From a virus (taxonomy: Duplodnaviria > Caudoviricetes), in IMG/VR virus record IMGVR_UViG_3300045280_000043, positions 1 to 25,557 of that record: DNA of 25,557 nucleotides; one strand, 5' to 3'. Shown one piece after another: positions 1 through 6,841 of this stretch. The first letter of the stretch is position 1; each line of letters starts with the position of its first letter. The notes beneath the pieces were generated by a model that worked only from the letters and a program-made list of their open reading frames with translations, did no database searches and was not told the origin of the DNA. A program made the translations under genes and the position numbers.

Positions 1-1
1 C

Positions 2-859
2 CGCCGGCTCGCGGAGGAGGGCGGCCCCGTGCCGGCCGAGCGGGTCGCGGCAGCCCTGCGGGACAGCGGCCGGGTGCTCGGCAGCGCGGCGCTCGCGGAG
101 GTGGAGCCGGCCGTCCGCGCGGAGATCCTGGGCGCCGGACCCCTGCAACAGCTGCTCGACGACCCCGAGGTGACCGACGTCCTCGTGAACGGACCGGGCG
201 AGGTCTGGGCGGAGCGCGCCGGGCGGCTGGTGCGCGTCCCGGTCGACCTGGGCGACGCGGCGCGGGTCCGCGAGCTGGCCGTGCGGCTCGCGGCCGCGGG
301 CGGTCAGCGGCTCGACGACGCGCGCCCGGCCGCCGACGCCCGGCTGCCCGACGGCACCCGGCTGCACGCGGTGCTGCCGCCCGTGGCCGACGGCTGCACG
401 CTGCTGTCGCTGCGGGTCGTGCGGCACCGCGCCTTCACGCTCGGCGAGCTCGTCGGCAGCGGCACGCTGGCGCCGCAGGTCGCGGACGTCCTGCGCCGCC
501 TGGTGCGCGCCCGCGCGAACCTGCTGGTCTCCGGGGCGACCGGGACCGGGAAGACCACGCTCCTGTCCACCCTGCTGTCGTGCGCCGACCCCGGGGAGCG
601 CATCGTCTGCGTCGAGGAGGCCGGCGAGCTCGCACCCCGGCACCCGCACGTCGTCCGGCTGCTCGCCCGGCGCCCGAACGTCGAGGGTGCCGGCGGCGTG
701 GACCTCGCCGACCTGGTGCGGGAGTCGCTGCGGATGCGCCCCGACCGGGTGGTCCTCGGGGAGTGCCGCGGCGCCGAGGTCCGCGAGGTCCTCGGGGCAC
801 TCAACACGGGGCACGACGGCGGCTGCACCACCGTGCACGCGCGCAACCTCGGTATCTAG
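2..859 (+). pseudogene. tadA: TadA/CpaF family (Rv3659c-like) Flp/Tad pilus secretion ATPase, 5' fragment interrupted by prophage; true start lies upstream of the window
   Basis: Frame is open from base 2. Motifs: GAGPLQQLLDDPEVTDVLVNG, RLDDARPAADARLPDGTRLHAVLPP, Walker A GATGTGKTT, Asp box CVEEAGEL, LRMRPDRVVLGECRG (Walker B), His box NTGHDGGCTTVHA. Family similarity stops at TVHA (expected TVHAN…), followed by RNLGI-stop. Confidence 0.9.
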
Positions 860-865
860 TCCCGG
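815..865. other. Putative attL hybrid site; crossover probably within 836-841 (CACGCG)
   Basis: TadA homology ends at codon 839-841 and the integrase stop is at 856-858. Weak dyad TGCAC-GC-GCGCA at 834-845. The exact crossover cannot be fixed without attR/attB. Confidence 0.65.
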
Positions 866-2391
866 GGGATGGGCCGCGTCGGTTCCGGGCTCGGCGCCCA
901 CGCTCCGACGACGCGCACGTCGCACCCGCGCGCACCGTCGCGCCGGACGACCCACACCGTGCACAGGCCCCGCAGCATCGGCGCGAGGTCCTCGGCCGGC
1001 GCCGACCCCCACGTCTCGAGCAGGCGCGCCGCGGCCATGGCGTGATCCGCGCTCGCGGAGGCGCGCCGAGTGAGCCGCTCGAGCGTGGCCTGCGCTGCGC
1101 TCTGCTCGGCGACCAGCGCGTCGCGCGCCGCTTCGTAGGCGGAGGTCGGCACGATCCGCCGCGCGTGGTCCACGGTGAGCTGCGCCAGCGCCCGAGCGGC
1201 GTCCGTGACCGCCCGAGCCGCCCGATCGGCCTGCACCCGAGCCGCGGCGGACGATTGCTCGGCGCTCGCGGACGCGGCGCCCATCTGCGCCTCGACGGTC
1301 GGCAGCCACGCCACGACCGCGGCCTCGGCGACGGAGTACCTGACGGACGAGCGCCGGCACCCTGCGCGCAGGCACGAGAGCCTGGGCGCCTGGGTGCCCC
1401 GCTTGCGGGTCTTCTCCCGCTCGTAGGTCAGCGTGTACCCGCACGCCCCGCAGCGGGCGACCCCGGACAGCGGCGTCGACGCGCGCCGGTGCCGCGGCGC
1501 GACCGTGGTTCGGTCGGCCCGGGCGTCGAGGTAGGCGTCCCACGTCGCGGTGTCGATGACCGCCGGGTGCGCGCCGGGCAGGTAGGTCCGCTGCGGGCAG
1601 CGGCCGACGTCGGTCCCGGCGGGGTGGCGGGCGGTGCAGTCCGGGTCGTGCACGCGCAGCAGCCCGGCGCCGAAGCCGCTGTCGAGCATCCGGCCCAGGG
1701 TGTCGTGCGAGTACAGCCCGCCGCGGCTCGTGCGGATGCCGAGCGCGGTGAGCCACGTGCACAGCGCTCGCAGCCCGGCGCCGGCGACGTACCGGCGATA
1801 GGCCTCCGCCAGGATCGGCGCGGTCTCGGGGTCGGGCTCGAACCGGCCGTCGTCGCCCGGCCGGTACCCGAAGCGCTGCCCGCCCGAGTGCGGCAGTCCG
1901 GCCCGGCGCCGGCGGGCGATCGTGGCCTTCCATCCCTCGCCGATGGCCTCGGCCCGGTAGGCGTGCATCTCGGCGAGCATGCCGCGCTGGAACCGGCCCG
2001 CCGCCGTCGTCTGGTCGATCGGCTCGGTGGCCGACTCGATCCGCCCGCCCGCGGCCTCCACCTGGTCGAGCGCGACCGCCCACCGCAGGCGGTTGCGCGC
2101 GGTGCGCGACAGCTCCCAGACGACGATGACGTCGACCTCGCCGGCCACGACCCGCGCGATCGCGGCGTCGAGCCGCGGCCACCAGGCGGACCGAGCCCGC
2201 GACCCGGACTCGTCGATCCCCTCGATCGTGTCCACGACCTCGTACCCGCGCCGGGCGCAGTGCTCGCGCGTCGCGTCGCGCTGCAGCTCCGGCGCGATCA
2301 TCCCCTCGCGCTCCTTGGACACCCGGATCAGGAGCAGCGCCCGCTCGGCGCGCTCCGGCACCGCCCGGAGCCGAGCCTCAGCCCGCGACAC
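856..2391 (-). CDS. int: Large serine recombinase (phage integrase)
   Basis: N-terminal resolvase motif LLIRVS…PELQR, DVIVVWELSRTARN, recombinase domain (RFGY, HPAVIDTATW), zinc ribbon LSGVARCGACG…LSC…C, coiled coil. GTG 2391 chosen as the likely start (short overlap with immA); the ORF track extends to 2436. Confidence 0.93.
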   Translation of the reverse strand: MSRAEARLRAVPERAERALLLIRVSKEREGMIAPELQRDATREHCARRGYEVVDTIEGIDESGSRARSAWWPRLDAAIARVVAGEVDVIVVWELSRTARNRLRWAVALDQVEAAGGRIESATEPIDQTTAAGRFQRGMLAEMHAYRAEAIGEGWKATIARRRRAGLPHSGGQRFGYRPGDDGRFEPDPETAPILAEAYRRYVAGAGLRALCTWLTALGIRTSRGGLYSHDTLGRMLDSGFGAGLLRVHDPDCTARHPAGTDVGRCPQRTYLPGAHPAVIDTATWDAYLDARADRTTVAPRHRRASTPLSGVARCGACGYTLTYEREKTRKRGTQAPRLSCLRAGCRRSSVRYSVAEAAVVAWLPTVEAQMGAASASAEQSSAAARVQADRAARAVTDAARALAQLTVDHARRIVPTSAYEAARDALVAEQSAAQATLERLTRRASASADHAMAAARLLETWGSAPAEDLAPMLRGLCTVWVVRRDGARGCDVRVVGAWAPSPEPTRPIPRD

Positions 2392-2797
2392 GAAGATCCC
2401 GCCCCCGCTGCGTCGGGATCCCAGCCCGGAGCGCATCCGCCCGCCACGTCTCGACGACGCTCGCCGTCACCCCGAGCTCACGCGCCAGCGCCCCCGGGTG
2501 CGGCCCCACCAGCCGCTCCGCCGCGGCGTAGGCCGACGGCGAGATCAGCAGCCGCGCGCCGTGCCGGTCCGCGAGGCGCTCGCGGTGCTTGTGCTCGCGC
2601 GGGTCGTCCGTCCAGGTGTGCCCGTAGTGCGCGTGCCCGAGCTCGTGCGCGAGCGTGACGCGCTGGACGGTCTCGGTCCGGCGAGGGTTGAGCAGGATCA
2701 GCCCGCTCGAGTGGTACTCGCCGGCGCGCCGGCCGAGGTCCCGCCACGCGACCCGCACCCCTCGCTCCGTCGCGAGGGCGAGCAGCTCCTCCATCAC
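2378..2797 (-). CDS. ImmA/IrrE family Zn metallopeptidase (anti-repressor protease)
   Basis: QRVTLAHELGHAHYGH (HExxH), E-x-x-A-D-x-x-G-A-x-L-L-I, C-terminal LARELGVT. Located between repressor and integrase. Confidence 0.9.
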   Translation of the reverse strand: MMEELLALATERGVRVAWRDLGRRAGEYHSSGLILLNPRRTETVQRVTLAHELGHAHYGHTWTDDPREHKHRERLADRHGARLLISPSAYAAAERLVGPHPGALARELGVTASVVETWRADALRAGIPTQRGRDLRVAG

Positions 2798-2819
2798 GAC
2801 ACCGCCCCCTGAGCGACCA

Positions 2820-3191
2820 CTACGGCTGGTCCTGCTGCGCCTCGACCTCGGCGTCCGGGTCGTACCCCTCGGCCGGGTCGGACGCCGCCGGGTTCAGCGT
2901 GATGAGGTCGTCGATGTCGTCGTCGCGATCGCGCGTCGGGAACGCAACGATCGTGGCGGCGGTGGACCGCGCGCGGATCTCCTCGGCGCGCGCCATGAGC
3001 TGGTGCGGCGCGATCCCGAAGGCGTCGGCGACGAGCGCGAGCTGGTCGATCTTGATGTCGCGCTCGGCGAGGAGCATGCGCATCAGCGTGCGCTCGGGGA
3101 TGCCGGACGCGGCCGACAGCTCCTTGACGGTCATCCCGGAGATCGCCCGCTCAGCGGAGATCGCCTTGGCCATCGCCTCGTTCATGTCCAC
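2820..3191 (-). CDS. XRE-family HTH immunity repressor (ImmR/CI-like, no S24 peptidase domain)
   Basis: AERAISGMTVKELSAASGIPERTLMRML…IDQLALVADAFG HTH with an acidic C-terminal tail; divergent from the Cro-like gene. Confidence 0.88.
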   Translation of the reverse strand: MDMNEAMAKAISAERAISGMTVKELSAASGIPERTLMRMLLAERDIKIDQLALVADAFGIAPHQLMARAEEIRARSTAATIVAFPTRDRDDDIDDLITLNPAASDPAEGYDPDAEVEAQQDQP

Positions 3192-3197
3192 ATGGAC

Positions 3198-3226
3198 ACC
3201 CTAGCGACCTGCACGGACATCATCAA
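3198..3226 (-). promoter_or_regulatory. Leftward repressor promoter (-35 TTGATG, 17 bp, -10 TAGGGT), predicted leaderless mRNA
   Basis: The reverse complement of 3221-3226 is TTGATG and of 3198-3203 is TAGGGT, with a 17-nt spacer. GTG start 3191 sits 7 nt downstream of -10, with no SD. Confidence 0.65.
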
Positions 3227-3250
3227 TGCCCAAGTGGACAGTGGTTCGTC

Positions 3251-3279
3251 TTGACCACTGCCCAAACGGGCAGTACGTT
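3251..3279 (+). promoter_or_regulatory. Rightward early lytic promoter (-35 TTGACC, 17 bp, -10 TACGTT), predicted leaderless mRNA
   Basis: TTGACC 3251-3256, TACGTT 3274-3279, 17-nt spacer. ATG 3287 is 8 nt downstream, with no SD. Confidence 0.75.
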
Positions 3280-3286
3280 CGCCCAC

Positions 3287-3553
3287 ATGGACAGCACGCT
3301 GAACTACCAGCAGGCGCTCGCAGTCGAGGTGAACTCGGCCATCGAGCGTGCCGGGAAGTCCGCCCTCAGCGTCGCCGAGGGCACCAAGATCCCCCGCACC
3401 ACGCTCCTCCGTCGCCTCGCCGGCGACTCCCCGCTCACCGTCATCGAGCTCGCGAAGATCGCGACGTTCATCGGCGCCTCGCCCGTCGAGCTCCTCAGGG
3501 CCGTCGACGACACCCGCACCCCGAACGCGGCCGCGGAGCGGAGGGCGTCGTGA
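3287..3553 (+). CDS. Cro-like HTH DNA-binding protein
   Basis: SALSVAEGTKIPRTTLLRRLAGDSPLTVIELAKIATFIG XRE-type HTH; first gene of the rightward operon. Confidence 0.85.
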   Translation: MDSTLNYQQALAVEVNSAIERAGKSALSVAEGTKIPRTTLLRRLAGDSPLTVIELAKIATFIGASPVELLRAVDDTRTPNAAAERRAS

Positions 3554-3855
3554 GCCGCCGTCCGGCGTCCGCTGTGCCGCACCTCCCCACCCGCGACGAG
3601 GTCATTGCCCGCGCCGACGCCCGGTTCTCGGCGATCGTCCGCGAGCAGGACGCCCTCTCGATCGAGGACGCCGCCCGCGCCGCGCTCTGGCGCGGCGGCC
3701 CGTCGTTCGAGTCGATCGTCGAGCACCTGTCCGCGGTCCGCGACGCCCGGGCGCGCCGCGCTCGCGGCGAGCACGTGCCGCCGATCCCGCCGCTGTCGCT
3801 CGCCCGCGCCGCGCACCTGGACGCCGAGCGCGGCCGCCGCGCCTTCGCGGCCTGA
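3550..3855 (+). CDS. Hypothetical phage protein
   Basis: GTGA overlap with the upstream stop, GGAGG SD, phage-like GC3 codon usage. Confidence 0.65.
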   Translation: MSRRPASAVPHLPTRDEVIARADARFSAIVREQDALSIEDAARAALWRGGPSFESIVEHLSAVRDARARRARGEHVPPIPPLSLARAAHLDAERGRRAFAA

Positions 3856-3882
3856 CCGGCCGCAGCCCCGCGAACCCCCCGG

Positions 3883-3925
3883 ACACGACGAAGGCCGGCC
3901 CCTAGCCCGGACACCGGCCCCCGTC
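3883..3925 (-). terminator. Putative leftward intrinsic terminator
   Basis: On the minus strand, GACGGGGGCCGG…CCGGCCUUCGUC forms a 12-bp stem using G·U pairs that do not exist on the plus strand. The 3' end TTCGTCGTGT resembles the tail of the hairpin at 16091-16127. Confidence 0.45.
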
Positions 3926-3950
3926 GATCTACCGACAGGAGCAGCATCCC

Positions 3951-4145
3951 ATGAAGACCCTCGCCGGCGTCACCTACGCCGAGCCGTCGGACGCCACGAC
4001 CTTCCGCGCGCTCGCGGCGGAGTTCGGGCTGTCTCCCGCCGAGGCGCGCACCGCGCTCGAGCTGGGCCCCGACCACCTGGACGACCAGCCCCTCACGCCG
4101 GTGACCGCGACCGTGTACCGCCTCGTGCTCCGGAGCGCGTCGTGA
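3951..4145 (+). CDS. Hypothetical phage protein
   Basis: AGGAG SD, ATG, 64 aa, coupled to the next gene. Confidence 0.7.
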   Translation: MKTLAGVTYAEPSDATTFRALAAEFGLSPAEARTALELGPDHLDDQPLTPVTATVYRLVLRSAS

Positions 4146-4987
4146 CCGCGCTCGCCGCGGCGCTCGCGGCCCTGCTGGCGCTCGCGGTGCTCGTCGCGGT
4201 CCGGTTCCGCCGCCGGGCGCGTCGCGTCGAGGCCGCCTGGCGGGAGCAGCACTGGGAGCTGATCGTGCTGCGCGCAGCGCACGGCGCCCAGGCGCGACTC
4301 CGCTCGGCACTGGCTGCGTCCCGGCCCGCTCCGTCCACCCTCGGGGATGTAGCTGCCCATGTGTCGGGGATGACCTTCGACGAGGTCGCCGCCGCCACGC
4401 AGGGGCTGACCTACGAGGCGGCGGCGACCCGGCTCTGCTCAGGCGCCAGCGCGGAGCTCGGCGACCTGCCGCTCGAGGGCAGCGATGGCGGCGACGAGAC
4501 CCTCGGTCGACGCGATCGGATCGAACGTGACGTCGCCGAGCCGGGTGTGCACGCCGGGCACGAACCCGATCGCGCGGATCAGCTTGGTCGTGATCGGCAG
4601 GTCGGCGGACGCCGCGGCGGTCTCGACGATGTCCATGGTTCTTCTCCCTCGGTCGGACGGCCCCCGGTTGGCGCCGGGCCCGTCGGCGGTGCCGCGGCGC
4701 TCGACACGCCGCAGGCAGATGACCCGACCGTAGAGGAGACCACCGGCACCGGTACGGGGTTCTCGGTCCCCCAGGTGCAGGTGGACACCCCGCCCGGGGA
4801 CGGCGAGGCGTTCGCCCCGTCCCCGGGTGAGGGCACCGAGCGCCTCATGCCCCCTGCTCAGGGGTGGGGCTGCACCTGCGGAGCCTGGGGGCGCCTCCGT
4901 GCGGGCGCGTCCCCTAAGGAGATCGTCGACTTCGAGCAGCTCCGCGAGAACCACGACGCGGTGTGCCCCTCGGGCGGTGCCTGGTGA
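4142..4987 (+). CDS. Hypothetical protein with N-terminal TM helix and C-terminal CxC…H…C motif; contains a nested antisense gene
   Basis: GTGA overlaps at both ends (4142 and 4984); hydrophobic ALAAALAALLALAVLVAV followed by RFRRR. The middle section reads like a shadow of the antisense ORF. Confidence 0.5.
   Translation: MTALAAALAALLALAVLVAVRFRRRARRVEAAWREQHWELIVLRAAHGAQARLRSALAASRPAPSTLGDVAAHVSGMTFDEVAAATQGLTYEAAATRLCSGASAELGDLPLEGSDGGDETLGRRDRIERDVAEPGVHAGHEPDRADQLGRDRQVGGRRGGLDDVHGSSPSVGRPPVGAGPVGGAAALDTPQADDPTVEETTGTGTGFSVPQVQVDTPPGDGEAFAPSPGEGTERLMPPAQGWGCTCGAWGRLRAGASPKEIVDFEQLRENHDAVCPSGGAW
4439..4636 (-). CDS. Small leftward hypothetical protein (65 aa), candidate lysogeny-expressed gene
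   Basis: Strong SD GAGGGAGAAGAACC-ATG, GC3-biased codons, C-terminal coiled coil LVAAIAALERQVAELRA; -10-like TACGGT at 4727-4732 (minus). Confidence 0.65.
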   Translation of the reverse strand: MDIVETAAASADLPITTKLIRAIGFVPGVHTRLGDVTFDPIASTEGLVAAIAALERQVAELRAGA

Positions 4988-5298
4988 CCGCCCCCCTGAC
5001 GCGCTGGGCCGGGGAGGTCCTCCCCCCTGCGGCCGCCCCGGCCCGGCGTGACCGCGCGGCGCTGCGCGCCCGCTCGTGGCCGGCGCGCGTCCTCGCCGCG
5101 GTCCTCGACGTCATCCTCGCCGCGGTCGAGATCCAGGTGCTGCCGCTGCTGGACGCGCTGGCCGAGCGGGGCGGGGGCGGGCCGGTCTCGCGCCGCCCGC
5201 AGCACCGCGCCGTGTCCTACGTCGAGCAGCTCGAGCGCGACCTCGCCGCCGCCGACTTCTCCCTGCCCACGTACCTCGCTGGACGGAGCGCGCGATGA
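4984..5298 (+). CDS. Hypothetical phage protein
   Basis: GTGA/ATGA coupling at both ends. Confidence 0.6.
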   Translation: MTAPLTRWAGEVLPPAAAPARRDRAALRARSWPARVLAAVLDVILAAVEIQVLPLLDALAERGGGGPVSRRPQHRAVSYVEQLERDLAAADFSLPTYLAGRSAR

Positions 5299-5459
5299 GC
5301 CACGAGTACCCGAGCTACCACCGCGACTGGGCGCTGCCCGCCGCGGAGCCCCGTGAGCCCGCGGCGTCCCGCCCGGCCGTGAAGGCGGCGGTCCGCGCCG
5401 TCGTGCTCGTGGCGCTGGTGTCGGCCGGCGTGGCGTTCGTGCTGGCGGTGACCCGGTGA
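5295..5459 (+). CDS. Small membrane protein
   Basis: ATGA coupling; C-terminal hydrophobic AVVLVALVSAGVAFVLAV. Confidence 0.6.
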   Translation: MSHEYPSYHRDWALPAAEPREPAASRPAVKAAVRAVVLVALVSAGVAFVLAVTR

Positions 5460-5626
5460 TCCGCGTCCTCGTCGTGTGCCTCGTGGCCGCGCTCGTGCTG
5501 GTGGTGTGGGTCGTGCTGGACCCGTCGCCGTCGCTCGACGGCGCGGTCCTGCCGCCGGCGCTGCTGATCGTCGCGGTCACGCTCGTGGTGGCCGCGCACG
5601 CCGAGCGGACGCGGGGCCGGCCGTGA
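5456..5626 (+). CDS. Small 2-TM membrane protein (56 aa; not in the ORF track)
   Basis: GTGA coupling at both ends; VIRVLVVCLVAALVLVVWVVL…PPALLIVAVTLVVAAH. Confidence 0.6.
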   Translation: MIRVLVVCLVAALVLVVWVVLDPSPSLDGAVLPPALLIVAVTLVVAAHAERTRGRP

Positions 5627-5988
5627 GCGCCGCGACCGCGACCCGGGCGGCCGTCGTCGAGACGACGCTGCTCGACCTGACCGGCGACACCCCGGCGGCC
5701 CGGTTCCTCCACGTCATCGAGTCGATCCCGCCGCGGACCCGGTTCACGGTGAACGACATCCGGCACCGCCTCGACGCGGCCGACGTCCCGAACGCCGCAC
5801 GCGGCGGGCTGATCTCGGCGGCGAAGGCGGCCGGGCTCATCGAGCTGTCGACGATCTCGGCGTGGGGCCGGCACTACCCCGAGCGCGTCCCGTCGACCGG
5901 CGGGTCCGCGAAGCGCGCGACGGTCTGCGTCTACCGCCGCACCGGCGCCGCCCCCGAGCCTGACCCGACTCCCGGCGGTGCGTCGTGA
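5623..5988 (+). CDS. Hypothetical protein, possible winged-helix DNA-binding
   Basis: Coupled start; RFTVNDIRHRL…GGLISAAKAAGLIE…VCVYRR pattern. Confidence 0.65.
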   Translation: MSAATATRAAVVETTLLDLTGDTPAARFLHVIESIPPRTRFTVNDIRHRLDAADVPNAARGGLISAAKAAGLIELSTISAWGRHYPERVPSTGGSAKRATVCVYRRTGAAPEPDPTPGGAS

Positions 5989-6266
5989 AGGGCCAACGGT
6001 CGCGCTGCGCCGCGTGCGGCGCCGAGATCGTGCTGGTGCTCGTCATCCCCGAGCTCCCGTCCCGCTCCGGCCGCAGGCGCATCCCGCTCGACCCGACCCC
6101 CTACGACCCGGCGACCGCCGCCCAGCGCCCCTCGCACGCCCTGCCGATCGCGGGCACCACCTGCCGGCCGATCACCACCGACCACCCGCTCATGCCCCAC
6201 GAGCGCCCCGCCATGACCCACTTCGCGACCTGCCCGTCGCGCCACACCCCGGAGGTGACCCGATGA
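5985..6266 (+). CDS. Hypothetical Zn-binding phage protein
   Basis: CAACGAEI…IPLD…HFATCP motif; coupled. Confidence 0.7.
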   Translation: MKGQRSRCAACGAEIVLVLVIPELPSRSGRRRIPLDPTPYDPATAAQRPSHALPIAGTTCRPITTDHPLMPHERPAMTHFATCPSRHTPEVTR

Positions 6267-6841
6267 CCGCCCTGACGCGGCGAGAGCAGGTGCTGCTGCT
6301 CGACACCATCGGCCCGGGCTGGATGCTCACATGGATGCTGCTCGACGACGCAGGCATCGACCACGTCCGAGCGAGCTGGCTCGGCGGGCACGTCCGGTCG
6401 CTCCGCTCGGGGATCGCCGACGACGGCCGCACCTTCTTCCAGGTCGGCAAGCGCGGGGTCGCGATCGGGAAGATCGAGCCGGAGCCCGCGGGGTTCGTGG
6501 CAGCGGAGACCATCACCTGGGCGAGCATCCGTGCCCACCGGGCGTCGGTCCCGGCTCCCGTGATGGCGGAGATCGCCGCCGCGCGCCGGGCGAGCGCCGA
6601 GCACGCCTACACGTCGTACCCGAGGTTCGAGCCCCCGGCCGACCCGGCCGCGTACTCCGACGCCTACTTCGAGCACCAGCGCGAGTTCGCGGAGCCCTGG
6701 TACGCCGAGTCGAACCGCCTCACGCGCGCGCTCGCCGCCGCAGTGCTCTGCGCATTCCCCCTCGCTGCAGCCCCCGTGCCTGACGGCGAGCCGCTCGACC
6801 TTCTCGCGCTCCTCGCGCAGCTCGAGGCGGTACCCGCATGA
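6263..6841 (+). CDS. Hypothetical phage protein
   Basis: GGAGG SD, ATGA coupling, protein-like composition. Confidence 0.7.
   Translation: MTALTRREQVLLLDTIGPGWMLTWMLLDDAGIDHVRASWLGGHVRSLRSGIADDGRTFFQVGKRGVAIGKIEPEPAGFVAAETITWASIRAHRASVPAPVMAEIAAARRASAEHAYTSYPRFEPPADPAAYSDAYFEHQREFAEPWYAESNRLTRALAAAVLCAFPLAAAPVPDGEPLDLLALLAQLEAVPA

Larger units (their letters stand above)
3185..3293. promoter_or_regulatory. Array of 14-bp palindromic operators, consensus TGYCCA-NN-YGGRCA
   Basis: 3185 TGTCCACATGGACA; 3206 GACCTGCACGGACA (degenerate); 3227 TGCCCAAGTGGACA; 3259 TGCCCAAACGGGCA; 3280 CGCCCACATGGACA. Confidence 0.8.

Noticed and set aside
580-2658. 692-aa plus-strand ORF spanning the tadA/integrase junction
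   Set aside because: Arg/Pro/Gly-rich shadow frame with no motifs; it does not supply a TadA C-terminus.
2378-2797. Metallopeptidase as a defence or toxin-antitoxin component
   Set aside because: Its position between repressor and integrase fits the ImmA anti-repressor; no effector gene is nearby.
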